Shown: positions 35,537-49,160, counted from the whole stretch's first letter. The stretch: 63,161 bases of DNA, filler included, from Olpidium bornovanus S191 (GCA_017911155.1; 30 parts of 30 records of this genome joined end to end with filler, not necessarily neighbours in it); one strand, 5' to 3'. Numbers and translations: made by a program. Notes: a model not told the origin generated them from the sequence alone.

Positions 35537-36476
35537 CCGCCTCTCCCGAGCCGCCCGTGCTGCGCGCGGCGTCGATGCGGGTTCCGCCTCTCTCTCTCTC
35601 TCTCTCCCCCTTCCGCGGACCGTACAAGAACGGGAAGACCCTGCCCAGATTAGTTTCGTCGGGCTGCGCCGCGGGAGAGAAGAACGGAAAGGAAGAAAAA
35701 AGAGCACGGAAAAAAAAATGTCCACCCCCCTCCCCCACTCAACCTCCCCACACCCCATTTCCCCTCCCCGTCTACCACCCGCTTTCGCGCCGATAGAATT
35801 TTAGCAGAAACCTTCCTACATTATTTTTTTTTTATGGTTTCCCCGGCAAAAAAACACGACCGCAATCCCCCGCTCTACCTCCGGTTCCCGCCCTTCCGTC
35901 CCTTTTTTTTTTTTTTTTTTTTTTTTGTCCTCCGCCCTCTCCGCCGCCCTCCGACCCCGCGGATATTCCGGTTTTTCGGGTAGTCCCGCGGGCGGTGGGG
36001 GGAGGAGGAGGAGAGAGTGGGTGGATGTGGGGGGGGAAGGGTAGGCCGGGAATAATGAAGCTCCCCGCGCACGCAAGTCAAGCGCTCTCGGGAAGGCTCG
36101 TCGGGGAGAACCAGCAAAGGCGGCGGCCGCGGAACGAGGGCTCCGAGATCAGCCGGAATTTTGACGTCAATTTCCTGGCCCAACTTGCGCTTCCTCCCCC
36201 CCCTTCCCNNNNNNNNNNNNNNNNNNNNNNNNNNNNNNNNNNNNNNNNNNNNTTAATTAATTAANNNNNNNNNNNNNNNNNNNNNNNNNNNNNNNNNNNN
36301 NNNNNNNNATCAATACAGTACGTTTCACTCTGGCTTCGGTAAACGTCGACCATCCATAGGTGTGCGATTCTCTTTGTGCGTCACTTTTCCCCTAACTTTC
36401 CTTTAATTTTTTCCGTCAGTGACATCATGCAAGTGAGTTCGTTAGAGGCGAAGCTTCGTCGGAGGCGCTTGCCTAC

Positions 36477-37200
36477 CGTCGCCACGGCAAAGGTCCGCAG
36501 CAATTTCCCGACGGTGCGCAGCTGATAAGCGGAAATTTCAAGCTTCGCCGGTTCGCCGCCTGTTCCGCCGCCGGCGTCCTCGGGCCGTGGCCCTTCGGCG
36601 TTTTCCAGGAGCTGGAAGAACTCCTCGAGGCCGTCGGTCATTTTCTCGTCGCCGGCGAAATCGATCCAGGCGGTTTCCAGCCACATTTTGACGACCCTTG
36701 CGCACCGGAGCTGAATCGCGGGCTTCCACGTCCGGGCGTACCGGAGCTGCTCGTCCGTAGCCCCCGCGGGAGGCCGGCCGTTGAACGTGTGAAACGGGAC
36801 GGAAAGGAGGTCAAAGGTTCAAACGCTCGGGGGGCTGCGAGTGGATTTGGCGGGCTCGGCGAGCCGGGCTCCGGATGGAAAAAAAAGGAAGGAAAGGAGG
36901 GGGGAAAAGAAGGATATTTGGCAGCCAAGGCCTCTAGGAGCTCGTAGGGCGTCATAAAGTGCCGATACGAAAGCAGCAAAGTTGTGACGTACTCGTCATC
37001 TGCGCAGATAAACGTCCGGGTAGAGTTAGTGCCAATTTCTAATCTGCCACTCTGCAAGTCGCACAAGAAAAGGTTACAGCCGCACCCTACCGAATCCGGG
37101 TTCCTGGACCGCGTGCAACACGATTTGCTCAATCGTGGCTGCAGCAATAGAGGAGCTTCCCGCTGCTTGCGTTCCGTCTGCAGATACTTTTGTCAGCAAC
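36477..37200 (-). CDS. RasGEF protein, REM (N-terminal) domain fragment
   Basis: AATIEQIV..../DDEYVTTLLLSYRHFMTPYELLEAL and IQLRCARVVKMWLETAWIDFAGDEKM..GLEEF match REM motifs (D..Y...FL..YR.F..P..LL; RV..VLK.W....DF). Confidence 0.78.
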
Positions 37201-37243
37201 GCGACGTCGGCAAAACTAACGACCCACGCCCGCGGAGGAGGAA

Positions 37244-37288
<45 letters not shown>

Positions 37289-37459
37289 GGGGCCCCGATC
37301 CGGCGCTTCGGTTACAATCGACCGTGATTTTCTCCNNNNNNNNNNNNNNNNNNNNNNNNNNNNNNNNNNNNNNNNNNNNTTAATTAATTAANNNNNNNNN
37401 NNNNNNNNNNNNNNNNNNNNNNNNNNNNNNNNNNNAAAAAAAAAAAAAAAAAAGAGGGG

Positions 37460-37462
<3 letters not shown>

Positions 37463-37555
<93 letters not shown>
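37463..37555. repeat. 93-nt poly-G run near a contig end
   Basis: Read directly; the length is unreliable in short-read data. Confidence 0.75.
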
Positions 37556-37556
<1 letters not shown>

Positions 37557-37613
37557 GGTGGTGTGAGGAGCGGAAAAAAAGCCTTTTTGCGGCCGTAACA
37601 GTAACGGAGCTTC

Positions 37614-39523
37614 TCAAGATCGAGCCTCGATGTCACACTTGTCGCACACGTCTGTGCGCAGCCGGTCGATGAGGCCTCTGACGTAGCCCACGGGGTACAC
37701 GGGAGTCGCGGCCTGCGAATGAGCCGGATCGGAACCGGCCGAGGCGGGGTCGGTGGGGGCGGCAGCGCCGGGCGCGGAAGAGGAGGAGGAGGAGGACGAC
37801 GTTCCGCCGGGTCCGGCGGCGGCGGTGGCGGCGGCGGCGGTGGTGGAGGCGGAAAACGGTCCTTGCCGGCTTTGCCGCCGCCGGGAGTCGCCGCATTCTG
37901 CCGGTCCCAAACCGGCTACTGATGCCGCCGCCGCCACAGGCGCCGCCGTCCGGACCAGCGGTGACGACGGTGACGGCTCCCACTGGGCGTGCGTGTAGCC
38001 CGGCAGGTTCGAGAGTCCCGGAGCGTTCGGGGCCGCCGCCGCGACAAAGAAGTGCGGCGCAAACGCGGCCGCCTCGCTTGCGACGTTGGAGAACAGCGCG
38101 TTCTGAAGGACGGGAACGGGCGGCGGCGCGCCAGAGCGGGCCGGGACTTGGCCGCCGGCAGCGGCGGCGGCGGCGGCGGCGGCGGCCTGCGAGTCGTCCG
38201 GGAGGCTCGCTGGGCACGCCGGCGCGGCGGGCATCATCATCATCATCGCGGGGACGCTAGCAGCAGCGGCGAACTCACCGGCGTTCGGGGTTGCGGCCGC
38301 CGTCGGAGACGCCGCTTGCGGCGCGGGAGGAGCGGGAGCGAGGTGCGGCGGCGGCGGCGGCTGCTGCTGGACATAGTACGCCTGCGCGCTCTCGCGCGGC
38401 GCGGGGTGGTGGTGGTGCTGCTGCTGTTGCGGGACCGCGAACGTGTACGCGGCGTGAGCGACCTGCGGTTGGGGCACGCCGAGCATGGCCGCCGCCGGAT
38501 AGTACTGGCCGGGGAAGGCGCCGCCGGCGTTGACCGGGACGATGGCGTTCGTAACGCGGTCGACCGCGAAAGCCACCGGCGCCGGCTGGACGAGGAACGG
38601 CTGGCCGCTGTGCATGACGTACATCGGCGCCGCCGGGAACACGAGCCCAGGAGCTCCGCCGGCGTGCATCATCGCGTACGGCTGCGAGGGAGCGTGCATG
38701 CAGTAGCCCATGTGCGGCGTCTGATGCGCCAGCTGCGCCAGCTGCACGAGTTGGGGCTGGATAAGAGGCTGCTGATGAGTCGCGGTCGTCAACGTGGAAG
38801 CCGAAGACAGAGACGTCCTGCGTAGCGTTTTGCAGCTTGATTAGCATATCTCATAAAAATAAAAGAAATGCGGTCTTTTCCCGCGAACATTATCCCCCCT
38901 CCACCCAACTTACAATGATGCCTCCGCACCGACCGCTGTTGCAGGATGCGCTGCTTCCGGCGCGTGCCACTTTTCCTGAACGCCGAGACTTGTTGGTGGA
39001 GAGATGGCAACAGCGGGAGAGGCGGCAACAGCGGGCCCCGCCGCCGACTCCTCGACTGGCGACCTGGCCTTCAAACCGCGGACTTCGTCACTGCCATCAG
39101 CCTGCTGACGCACGGCGTGCGCTTCATCGGGATCGGGCGCGAGCCGCTCGATGGTGTCGTTCGTTTTCCTTGCCGTCGACGTCGCCGGCGCGTGATGGTC
39201 CCCTGAGAAATGCTCCGTCGGCCTTCCGGCATTCTGCAATGACCCGTTCGGCTGACGCGGCTGCTGCTCAGCCGGCGGTTTCTCAAGGACGGTGAGGGCG
39301 GGAACGACGGCCGTCGCTTCCGGCGCTAACCCCGCGTTCGGCGGAACGCCAGCACCTGCCGTCATCTGATGTGATACGTTAGCGGCTTGTTGCCTCACTG
39401 GGCCGAAGGCCGTCGGAAGGGGCAGCTGATCGCAATGAGCTTGCGCATGAGTCGAAATAGGAACGGACGTTTCCGGTTCCCTCGGTTGAACGATTTTAGC
39501 AGGCCCCTCTAGGCACGGCTGGG
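37614..39523 (-). CDS. Hypothetical Ala/Pro/Gln/His-rich protein, 5' partial (exons >39523-38914, 38817-37614)
   Basis: An in-phase intron 38913-38818 (GTAAGT..CGCAG) links two long ORFs. The upstream frame is open to the contig end. High GC3; low complexity. Confidence 0.6.
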
Positions 39524-39624
39524 NNNNNNNNNNNNNNNNNNNNNNNNNNNNNNNNNNNNNNNNNNNNTTAATTAATTAANNNNNNNNNNNNNNNNNNNNN
39601 NNNNNNNNNNNNNNNNNNNNNNNC

Positions 39625-40515
39625 ATGCTGGACAAGAAGGTCGACGAGATTGTCTACGAGAACGGCATTGCCGTTGGAGTCCGGTCTGGAAATGAGGTGG
39701 GACGACGTGATCATCTACGTAAACTGGCCGGACGCCATCGGAGCCCTTGATTGTCTTCTTTGCAATAATGCTTTTTCCCTCCCCCTCCCCCCCTATCGTC
39801 AGGTCGCCAAAGCGAAACAGATCATTGGAGATCCTTCGTATTTCCCGGACAAGGTCAAGTCCATCGGGAAGGTGGTCCGTATTATCTGCATTCTCAAGCA
39901 CCCTATCCCCAACACCGGAGATGCGGACTCCGTCCAGTTGATTATCCCTCAGAATCAAGTAAATCGAAAGAACGGTACGGATGCTTCCGGGCGTTCGCTC
40001 CAGACTTGCTGCTGGAGTGTCAATTTAAACGCCGCTGCTCGCTGATAACTTTGGCGGCGTACAGACATCTATATTGCCAGCGTATCCTCTGCGCACAATG
40101 TCTGCGCCAAGGATTACTTCCTTGCAATCGTTTCCACCATTGTAGAGACCGATCTTCCCGAGAGAGAAGTGGAGCCGGGCCTCACCCTGCTTGGCCCTAT
40201 TGTCGAGAAGTGCGTATTCATCGTAGCGGTTGCCGTTTTCTTCCGTTGCAGCGGATCCGATGGCGCGGGCCTTTCCTGACCGTGTATTTTGATGGCCGGC
40301 TTGCTAGGTTCGTCTCCATCTCCGACCTGTACGAACCCCTCGAGGACGGCACTAAAGACCAAGTGTACATCACGCGCTCGTACGACGCCACCTCGCACTT
40401 CGAGACCGTGTGCAACGACGTGAAGGACGTGTACAAGCGTGTCACCGGCAACGCGCTTGTGCTCAAACAGAGGAAAACCCAGGAGCAGGAGCAGGCGGAG
40501 GCGGCTCAGCAGTGA
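39625..40515 (+). CDS. GDI1: Rab GDP-dissociation inhibitor, 5' partial (exons <39625-39696, 39803-39974, 40065-40209, 40308-40515)
   Basis: [33 protein letters not shown]...GKVVR.ICIL.HPIPNT...S.Q.IIPQNQV.RK./DIYIA.VS.AHNVC.K/..S.SDLYEP..G....Y...[17 protein letters not shown]. All junctions are in phase. Confidence 0.96.
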
Positions 40516-41340
40516 CAAAAAGGCGACCAGCAGCGTTCAGACACCGAAATCGGCGGCGCTCGGCTTCTTGGAGGAAGGGGGTTGCTTTTTTGGGTTACTC
40601 TGGGGACATATGTAAAGCCGAACTTATATTCAGTCCAGATCTGCTGCTTCTTTATTTTTTGCGTCCACTGTGACCGGGCAGGGTGCCGGTTACTTTTGTT
40701 GTTATTGGTCTAAAAATGCTGGCACCTTCAATAGCTGACCGGACTCGCAAGCTGATGAAAAAGCGACGCCCGCAGTAGGCAGATATGACCGGCCGGCCAG
40801 GTATAGCCACGGGCGGAACTTTCCCGAAGGAACACCGCTAACATCGACAACAATGATTTTCGCAAAAAGCGGTCGTGCACTTCGCTGTGGAGCACGCTGA
40901 CGTATACAAAACCAGTCTCGTGCGGCGGCATCCCTCCGCGGCCGATGCCGGCGAGAAATGTTGGTGGAAACTTCGTGAAACAAACAGGATTCCCCACGCA
41001 AAAGCCTCAAGCTGGTGTGCAGCCGCGTCATCATCCTTGGCCAGCGACAGCAAGAAAACCGAAAAGAAAAGTTTTTTCCGCGACCAGGTGTTCTCAGGGC
41101 CTTGAGCGAGCGCGGCAGTATGTTTCCGTCCTGGCTGGAAACTCCTGTTTTTTTGCCTTAGTGCGTATGGCCCGTACGGACGTGGAACACAAAGAGGCTC
41201 CGGCTTCTCTCCGTGTGGCGCTTAAGAAAAGAGGCGGGGGNNNNNNNNNNNNNNNNNNNNNNNNNNNNNNNNNNNNNNNNNNNNTTAATTAATTAANNNN
41301 NNNNNNNNNNNNNNNNNNNNNNNNNNNNNNNNNNNNNNNN

Positions 41341-42075
41341 CATGGAGGCCAGCTCCTTCGCTTTCGACTGGAGGTGCCGGTAGTTCGCGGAAGACATCCA
41401 AAACGAAGGCGACGTGGAAGGCAGGTCTGTGTCCGACGAAACGAGAGAGTTTTCCCAGCCAGCTGACGATCGCGCGCTCACTGGACGCTTTGCGATCCTG
41501 CCGTTCGGCGCTTTGGAGAACTTCCGCGCGGGCTTAATACACGGGGGATCTCTCGACTCCGCAGGGTCGACGGACCCCGAGGAAGTCGACGACCCCGATC
41601 CCGCGGACTCCGATGCGCTAGACACGCCGAACGAAGCCGCGGACGACGACGGGGACAATCGCGCGGCCGAATCGTTTCTCCCGGGCGGCCGCGGGATCGA
41701 CGACGCATGGTGACCGTCCACGACAGCAGTTTCGTGCGGCTTTCGAACACGGTCCCCTCTCCCTCCAGGACCGACAGCCCCCGACACGTCCTCGCTGTCC
41801 TCCGTTCCGCTCGCGCAAGACACGTCGTCAAAATCGAGGTCGTCGTCACCGTCGGAGATGCGCAGGTTGCGCGCGAAGCGAGCGGTGAGCGAGTTAAACA
41901 GCTTCTGCGACTTCTGCTCTCGGTGCCTGGCGGTGCTGCCCCTCTTCCGTTTGGACGGCGAGTCGCCTTTCGAGGGCAGGGAAGGCGTCGAGGGTCCGAA
42001 GGGAGGATATCCAAAGCAGACCGGCTGCTCTGGGCCCCCCCCCCCCCAGTCGAGATTATCAAACTCGGATGTCAG
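41341..42075 (-). CDS. Hypothetical Ser/Asp-rich protein fragment
   Basis: Long open frame to the contig end with coding-like bias. I recognise no domain. Confidence 0.4.
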
Positions 42076-42501
42076 GCACGGTAAAGACCGGCGACCGCGG
42101 AAACGCGCTGAAGTGAGCCGGGAGAGAAGGATGGGAAGGGGCGACAGGCGGCGACTCACTTCCTCGCGTTGGCCTCCATGCAACCGGTAGTGTCGTGGCA
42201 ACCGGACTGCCGTTTTCGTCAAGTAGCACCTGCGCAAGACAAGGCAAAAAGCAAATAGAAAGCCGTTACGAATCGCAAACCCATCGCGTCAGCCGGCGGA
42301 AGCTCGGGAAAGAAACCCCCCAAGGGGGGGAGCAGGAAAAAGAGGGAGGTGTGGCGGGGGGGGGGGGGGAAGGGGGGGGGGGGGGGGGGGGGGCGGGGCA
42401 CNNNNNNNNNNNNNNNNNNNNNNNNNNNNNNNNNNNNNNNNNNNNTTAATTAATTAANNNNNNNNNNNNNNNNNNNNNNNNNNNNNNNNNNNNNNNNNNN
42501 N

Positions 42502-44790
42502 CATGGCGCCGACGTGGCCGTGGCGCTCGGCGGCGCGGCGGTACCAGTGGACGGCGCGCTCGAGGTCCCGCCGGACCCCGGTGCCGAACTCGTAACACGC
42601 GCCCAGCTTGTACTGGCCGCGGCCGTGGTCCTGGTCGGCCGCCTTCTGGTACCACTCGGCCGCCCTCTCGAGCGACTGCTCCACGCCGTAGCCGTGCGCG
42701 TGGCAGTAGCCGACGTTGCACTGCGCCCACGGGTTCCCCTGCTCCGCCGACAGCAGGTACCAGTGTGCGGCAAGCTGCGCGTCCTTTTCCACCCCGAGGC
42801 CCTGTTCGTAGCAGAAGCCCAGGGAGTTCTGCGCCAGGGCGTTGCCCTGCTCTGCCGCGAGTTTGAAGTAGACGGCCGCGAGCTCGTCCGAGACGGAGAC
42901 CCCCGTCCCGTTCCGGTAGCAGTACCCGAGGCTCAGCTGCGCGGGCGCGTGGCCCCTGTCGGCCGCCTTCTTGTACCACGCGACCGCCATCTCTTCGTTC
43001 ACGGGCACGCCTATGCCGTTCTGAAAGCAGTAGCCGAGGGAGTGGAAGGCGAATATATTTTCCTGGGCGGCGCTCGCCAGGGACCAGTACAAGGCCTGGT
43101 TCTCGTCCTTGGGAACTCCGATGCCATTCTGGTAGCAGAATCCGAGGTTGTGCTGGGCGCGGGCGTGGCCCTGCACCGCGGCTTTGGCGTACCAGATGGC
43201 CCCGAGAGCCTCGTCCTTCTCCACGCCGATGCTGTTCTGGCAGCAGTAGCCGAAATTGCACTCGGCCCAGGGGTACCCTTGCTCGGCGGACAGGCTGTAC
43301 CACCTGGCGGCCTCGACCTCGTCCTTCTCGACGCCGATGCCGTCCTCGTAGCAGTATCCCAGCGAGTTTTGGGCGAACGCGTTGCCTTGCTCGGCGGACA
43401 CCCGGTACCATTTGACGGCCTCCTGGACGTCCCTCTCGATGCCGATCCCGTCCTCGTAGCAGTAGCCGATGTTGTAGATGGCGACCGAGTCGTTGTGCAG
43501 GGCGGCGAGCCGGTACCACCGGAGGGCCGTGGCCTCGTCCTTCACGGCGCCGAATCCTTCGCCGTATAGGTAGCCGAGGATGGCCATGCCGGCGGGGGGC
43601 CCGCCGATCGCGCTGAGGCGGTACCACTCGAACGCGACTTCCACACTCTTTGCAAAACCGACGCCGTCGTGGTGGCAGACGCCCAGGGCGTACTGCGAGG
43701 GCGGGTGGCCGTAGTGCGAGGCGGCGACCGCGAGCCACGCAAACCCGTCCGCCTCGAAGGCGTGAGAAAACGCGGACGGGTGCGGCCGCCGGTCCGGGTC
43801 CTCGAAGCGAGGGGCGCGCGCGCGGCCGTCCAGATCACTTGAAACGAAGCACGCGGCGTCCCCCTCCTCTTCTTCCTCTGCCGGAGCAGGCGGCGGCAGC
43901 TCTGCTTCGGAGAGGGGCTCGTCGCACAGGTCGTTCACGCGCGCCACCAGCTCCTCGGCCTCCCTCTGGTCTATGCGGACGCCGGGGCGTCCGTACTTCC
44001 GGAAGAACGCCAAGCGAGCCAGCGCCAGGCGGTCGGAACGCCGCGCAGGGGCGGGCGCAAGCGCGGAGACGGCGGCGGGCGTAGGCGGAGGAGGCGGAGC
44101 CATAGCCGGAGACCCCGGCGGCGTCGGGGGGAACGCCGCCTCCCGGCGGCGCGACCCGCCCGGCGGCGCGGAAAACTCCGACCCGAAGTACGCGGCGGCA
44201 ACATAACAGAGTTCCGCTTTCCTGAACGCCGGGGCCGGGACCGGGGACGGAGTCAGGGCAGGCGACGGGCCAGGGGCGGCAGGAGCCGTTGCCGGCAGGT
44301 CGAGCGACAGCCCCGCGAGCAGGCTGACGGGCACGTCGACGACGTCGTCGGTCAGGCCGAACTCGTAGCAGAACCCAAGGACGGACAGCGACAGCGCGTG
44401 CGAGTGCGGCGGGAGCGACAGGTGATGCAGGAGGTGGTGGACGGGGATCCTGAGCACGGCCGGACGGCGGGAGCCAGCGGCGCCCGACGGCGACGCGCAT
44501 CGCTCTATGGGGAAAGAGGAGAAGGAGGAGGGGGCCAGCGGCAGCCGAGAGACCGGGAAGTCAGGGGGATGCGACCGCGCCAACGCCTCGGCGCGGGCCT
44601 TTGAGTTCGCGCGGCTGCTGCCGCCGGCGCCAAGAACGGCGTGGGAGGCGAGGTTGAACAGCGCGGCAGTCTGGTCCGCAAGCGACACGGGGCTCTGCTC
44701 GAGTGGAGCAGAGAGAGAAAGCGGCGGGAAGACGACGGCGCCCGGGCGGGCGTGGTCAGCTTCTTTGTCACAACCGGCAGAAGTACGCAT
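42502..44790 (-). CDS. Sel1-like repeat (SLR) protein, 3' partial
   Basis: Eleven complete 36-aa repeats of the type A..NLG.CY..G.GV.KD...A..WY..AAEQG (about 43709-42520) plus a partial twelfth, behind a roughly 360-aa Pro/Ala-rich N-region. No introns in this stretch. Confidence 0.93.
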
Positions 44791-44929
44791 GGCGCGTGGG
44801 AACTTGCTTTATCCCCGCTCGCCCTGCTGCTGCACTGCCCCCCCCCCCCACCTCCCCGCCTCCCCATTTCCACCCCACCGGCTTACCGCCTGGGAAATCT
44901 TTTTTTTAGCTTTTTTTTTCCCTGCTTAC

Positions 44930-45655
44930 CATGCTCCGCAGCTTGGGATCGACGCCGCAAGCGCACAGTGATGCCCAACGCCCGACCTTCTCGTCTTCGT
45001 CCGCCAGGATGTTCTTGACCCTCGTCCTCACAGCGGCCGCGCTGTACTGTCGCCGGTAGGCCGAATAATGCCTCTCCGCAGCAGCAACAGGGCCTGACGC
45101 GGACGCCGGCGGGGCCGGGGCGGCCTCGGAGCCGTGCGCGGAGAGATGCCGGATCGATTCGGCTCCCCGCCGGCTCCTAGACGACGGCGGCGTCGAGGCT
45201 GCGGCGGCGGCAGACCGGGCGGAGCCCGCGACGGCGGACAAAGTCGTTTCGTCGAGCTCCGGGTCGGCGGCCGACGACGACGGCGGCGGCGGCGGGTGCG
45301 AGGCAGTGGGGTAGGCCGCCGCGGACGACGAAGATGCGTCCGCGGTGCGACCCATGCTCTGCGGGGGGGCGCCGCTGTCGTCGGGGTCCGCCGCGGCGCG
45401 GGGCGACGCCGCCGGAGCCGCCTCCTCTCCGATGATCCCTCCTCCGATGATGGACGACTGCGCCCCGCCGGCGGCAGAACCCGTGTCGATCGCGCCGAGG
45501 GTGCCTTTGCGCTGGGGCCGGGGGTGGTGCTGGTGCTGCTGCTGGGCCGCCGGGAAATCAAGCACCACGGGGCCGGCGCCGGCCACATCGCTGGGGGGCG
45601 CACTCCCCTGACCGGCGCCGTCCTGGTGGTTCACGATGCTCATTCCGCCAACGGA
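44930..45655 (-). CDS. Low-complexity ORF, possibly the first exon of the SLR gene
   Basis: MSVGGMSIVNHQ.. has high GC3 and ends at ATG|GTAAGC, a strong donor at 44929. A phase-0 AAG acceptor lies just upstream of the SLR ATG. Confidence 0.45.
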
Positions 45656-46152
45656 CATGGTCGAGCTGTGCAGCGGTGGGGGTTGGGAGCGGGAAGGCAG
45701 GGTCAGCCGCTGCCACCGCAAAAACAAACAAACAAAAAAAAGGAAGGAAGGAGGAAAACGACCAGAATTCCAACGGATACGGAAGAGAGATCGGAAGAGA
45801 GGGAGAAAAGAAGAGAGAGAGAGAGAGAGGAGCAGAGAAATCTCTACCTCTTGTTGTTTTCTTTATCGAACCCGCGCTGTGGACGAGTGAGAGGATCCCC
45901 GGCGACTCGGGAAGGGGAAGAAGTGCGGGGGCGGGGAAAACGAAAAGGGCTCGAAAAGGAGCCAGGAGCATAAGAATGCGCTTATTTTTTTTTTTAGCAC
46001 GCGCGCCGGCGAAAAGCGAAGGCGCGGGGGGGGGAAGGAGGGNNNNNNNNNNNNNNNNNNNNNNNNNNNNNNNNNNNNNNNNNNNNTTAATTAATTAANN
46101 NNNNNNNNNNNNNNNNNNNNNNNNNNNNNNNNNNNNNNNNNNCTCCCCCTCA

Positions 46153-46187
<35 letters not shown>

Positions 46188-46213
46188 AAAAAAAAACGGT
46201 CAAAAAACAAAAC

Positions 46214-47110
46214 CTTTCGACCGCCCCCTCGAAGAGCTGCTGCAGTATCCGGATGACGGACCGCCGGCGCAGCCAGTTGTTGTTTTCCTTGAGATCGAAC
46301 ACCTCGCTGAACAGGTCGCAGAGGGACTCGGTCGTGGACGGGACGCCGCTTTCGGCGCGCAGCTCGTCGGATAGCGCGCTTAGCGACGACGACGACGACG
46401 ACGACGGGGCCGCCTCGCAGTAGTTGCAAGAGGACGTGGAGCCGCGGTGCGGCGCGGCCCCACTCAGGCCGGACGTGCTGCCGCTGCCGGACCGCGGGAT
46501 CTGCTTGGTCGCTTCCCACAGCGAGCCCGTCCGGTCCTCGATCCCCTCCGACACCGCCTTGTAGATGTTCTTGATTATGGTCTTCTTGCTCTCCGGCGGG
46601 CGGGCCTGCGCCACCTCGTCCTCGGCCGGAGCGGCGGAGATTTCGGCCGTTCCGGACCCTTCGACGGAACGCTGGCACAGGAAAACGCGGAGGTCATCCG
46701 ACGCGCATGCCTCTTCCATTCGGAGAACTGTCTGTGCGGAGAAGGTGGGGGCCGGGGGGGGGGAAGAGTCATGTGCCAGCCGCAGACACGCCGGGAATAC
46801 GCGACGGGGGAAAAGCAAAGAAGGCGTTTGCGCTCACCCGCAGATAATTCTGGAGCGCCAGGCGCCGCATTTCGATGAACTTCGTGCCCGTGTTCAGAAC
46901 CGCCCGCTTGGTCGGGAACCCGCAGTTCACCGTTTCGGGGATGGTTTTCTTGAGCTGCTGGTGCAGCGACCAGAACTCGGAGTACCGGCGCTCGACGAGC
47001 CAACCGCGCAGCGGGATTCCCTCGGAAGAGGTCTGGTGGACGTCGACGACGAAAACGGCGTACTCTTTGTTGCCGGCGTCCCGCTTGATGTACCACGTTC
47101 GAACGTAGAC
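46214..47110 (-). CDS. MDM1/SNX13/14/25-type sorting nexin: PX domain and start of the Nexin-C (PXC) region (exons 47110-46838, 46731-46214)
   Basis: EYAVFVVDV..W.V.RRYSEF..LHQQLK..FP.K....KFIE.RR.ALQNYL (PX). TESLCDLF.EVF.LKE.NNWLRR...I.ILQQLF.G..ER (PXC). Confidence 0.85.
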
Positions 47111-47822
47111 CTGCGTCTTTCCCTTTTTTCGCGCCCCGGGCGGAGGGACGCAAAAAAAAAAGAAAAAAAAAATACCAAAAAAAATCAAACCTCCCGCACA
47201 AAAAAACTCCCGTCTCCGGCGTGCGCTTTCAGCTACAGGCAAAAATGCCGAAAACGCCCCGGACACGCGAAAACTGAGGCCCCCCCCCCCCCCCCCCCCC
47301 CCCNNNNNNNNNNNNNNNNNNNNNNNNNNNNNNNNNNNNNNNNNNNNTTAATTAATTAANNNNNNNNNNNNNNNNNNNNNNNNNNNNNNNNNNNNNNNNN
47401 NNNTGGTTTTCTATTTTCCAACAATTCTCCGCAAAAAAGTCCCTTCTCGCTGCTGTTGGTGGTGGTCCAATCGAAGTGACGACTGCAATTGAAAAGTCTG
47501 TATAGCGACACAACTGAAATCATGGCGAGGCATCGTCCAGTTCTTGCCGAATCTTGAAACAATCTAGAACATGGAAGAATAACCCGGTACAACTGGGTGC
47601 AATCTGATTGAGCAAAGGAGTTCTTACCGGCACTCAACCGAAATACTCGAACGCCGTTCTGTGGTATGATGCATTGTATTAGACGATGCGAGGCAGGATG
47701 AATTTGCAGATACATATGTAGCAGGCGAAGAGGCGGATGAAGGTGGCAAAAACCGCGTTCTGATGTATGGATCGGGCGTTTAAAAAAAGCATATGTAAGT
47801 GCCCTTCCTGGAAATCACCCAG

Positions 47823-48955
47823 TCAATAAAATGATACTGCGTGGAGGAGGTTCGCTCCCGTTTGCTCCTGGAACTTCTCCAACAGGCCATCAATTTCGGC
47901 GGAAAGGTCAGACGACTCCTCAATCTCATTTGCCAAAGGAGGCGCGGCCGAAGTGCACGTCGACCAAAGAAATAATTTTTTAGAGCACGAGGACAAGCAG
48001 AAGGAGAAAGATGCGATTTGAGTGGAGTACGTACCATCTGCGCCAGCAGTAGTATCAGCCGGCCGCCAACCAGTGCCTCCTCGTGGTTGTCCTTGATTTC
48101 GATGTTAATTACGTGGACCGGCCGACTCGCGGGCCCTCCGTTCTCTGCCAAGTCTGCTACGACGAAACGCTTTTAGGCAAAATGGGAGGCTACGCAGCAG
48201 GTGCAAGCAGGGGAACAATACATCCCAGGTGGTTTCCGTATTTCACACCTTCGCACACAGCGTCAAACACCCGCTCTTCGCAAGTGAGGAGAACGTCGAA
48301 CTTCTGGCCCGCGTCTTGGAACCGCTCCGGGGCGGACTTGATTTTGCGGTTCCGATCGAGCATCGGGAGGAGACCGTTTGCCATGTAGCTGAGAGCGGGA
48401 GAAGGCGGATGAGCTTCGGTCAGTCGTACTCTTGCTGCGAACCGGTCAAGCGTTCCGTCGCGCGCCGTGCGCTTCCGCTGGCTGTCTCGCCTGACCGAGC
48501 CTACGGACAGGTTATAGTCTTTCTGCAGCAGCTCGTTGTAGATGTCGTCGTACGGTGTGCCAAAAGCGTAGACATTCGGCTTGTCGATGGAAGGGCCCGG
48601 CAACCGGACGCTATTCCCGGTTCCGTATGAACTAATATCGAAGCCTTTACGCCTGGCGACCGGACGGACCACTTGATATGTTACCTCACGAAGATTAAAC
48701 GCACGCGGTGTGCAAATGGAAGCATCCAAAAAACTATCCCAGGCCGCGTTCTTCTCGGAGACGGCCAAGCTCCCGCTTTGTTTCGTGGCGGTGCGAAAGT
48801 CGGGGGCTGACTTCCGCAAAGGCAACCGAACAGCAAAAGCCCGCAGAGACGGTAACCCGAAACACTTACTGTAGCACGCAGTGAGCTTCCATACTCCGGT
48901 TCATATTTGATGCGCATATTACCGCGAACTTCGTTCTCTTCGGCGCCGACGGCAT
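47823..48955 (-). CDS. SSU72: RNA polymerase II CTD phosphatase SSU72, complete (exons 48955-48870, 48652-48509, 48388-48249, 48153-48035, 47924-47823)
   Basis: [17 protein letters not shown] (CX5R active site), [73 protein letters not shown]. Confidence 0.96.
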
Positions 48956-49129
48956 TGGTAAGCTAACGCCGGGGGCCGTCAATCAGCAGGACAACAAAAG
49001 CGAGCGAAGCCGGTATGCTTTCACGAGGGAGATCTGCAGGCGCAGGGCTTCCAAGATCCTAGGGACCTCCGCTCCGCGCGAGGCGTCTTTCGACGGCGTC
49101 TGTCTCCCTGATCGCGCTGCCGTCGTTGA

Positions 49130-49160
<31 letters not shown>

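Noticed and set aside
42502-44790. Bacterial or endosymbiont origin for the intronless SLR and GGCT contigs
   Set aside because: Their flanks show the same homopolymers and low-complexity insertions as the intron-containing host genes, with no operon or ribosome-binding-site pattern.
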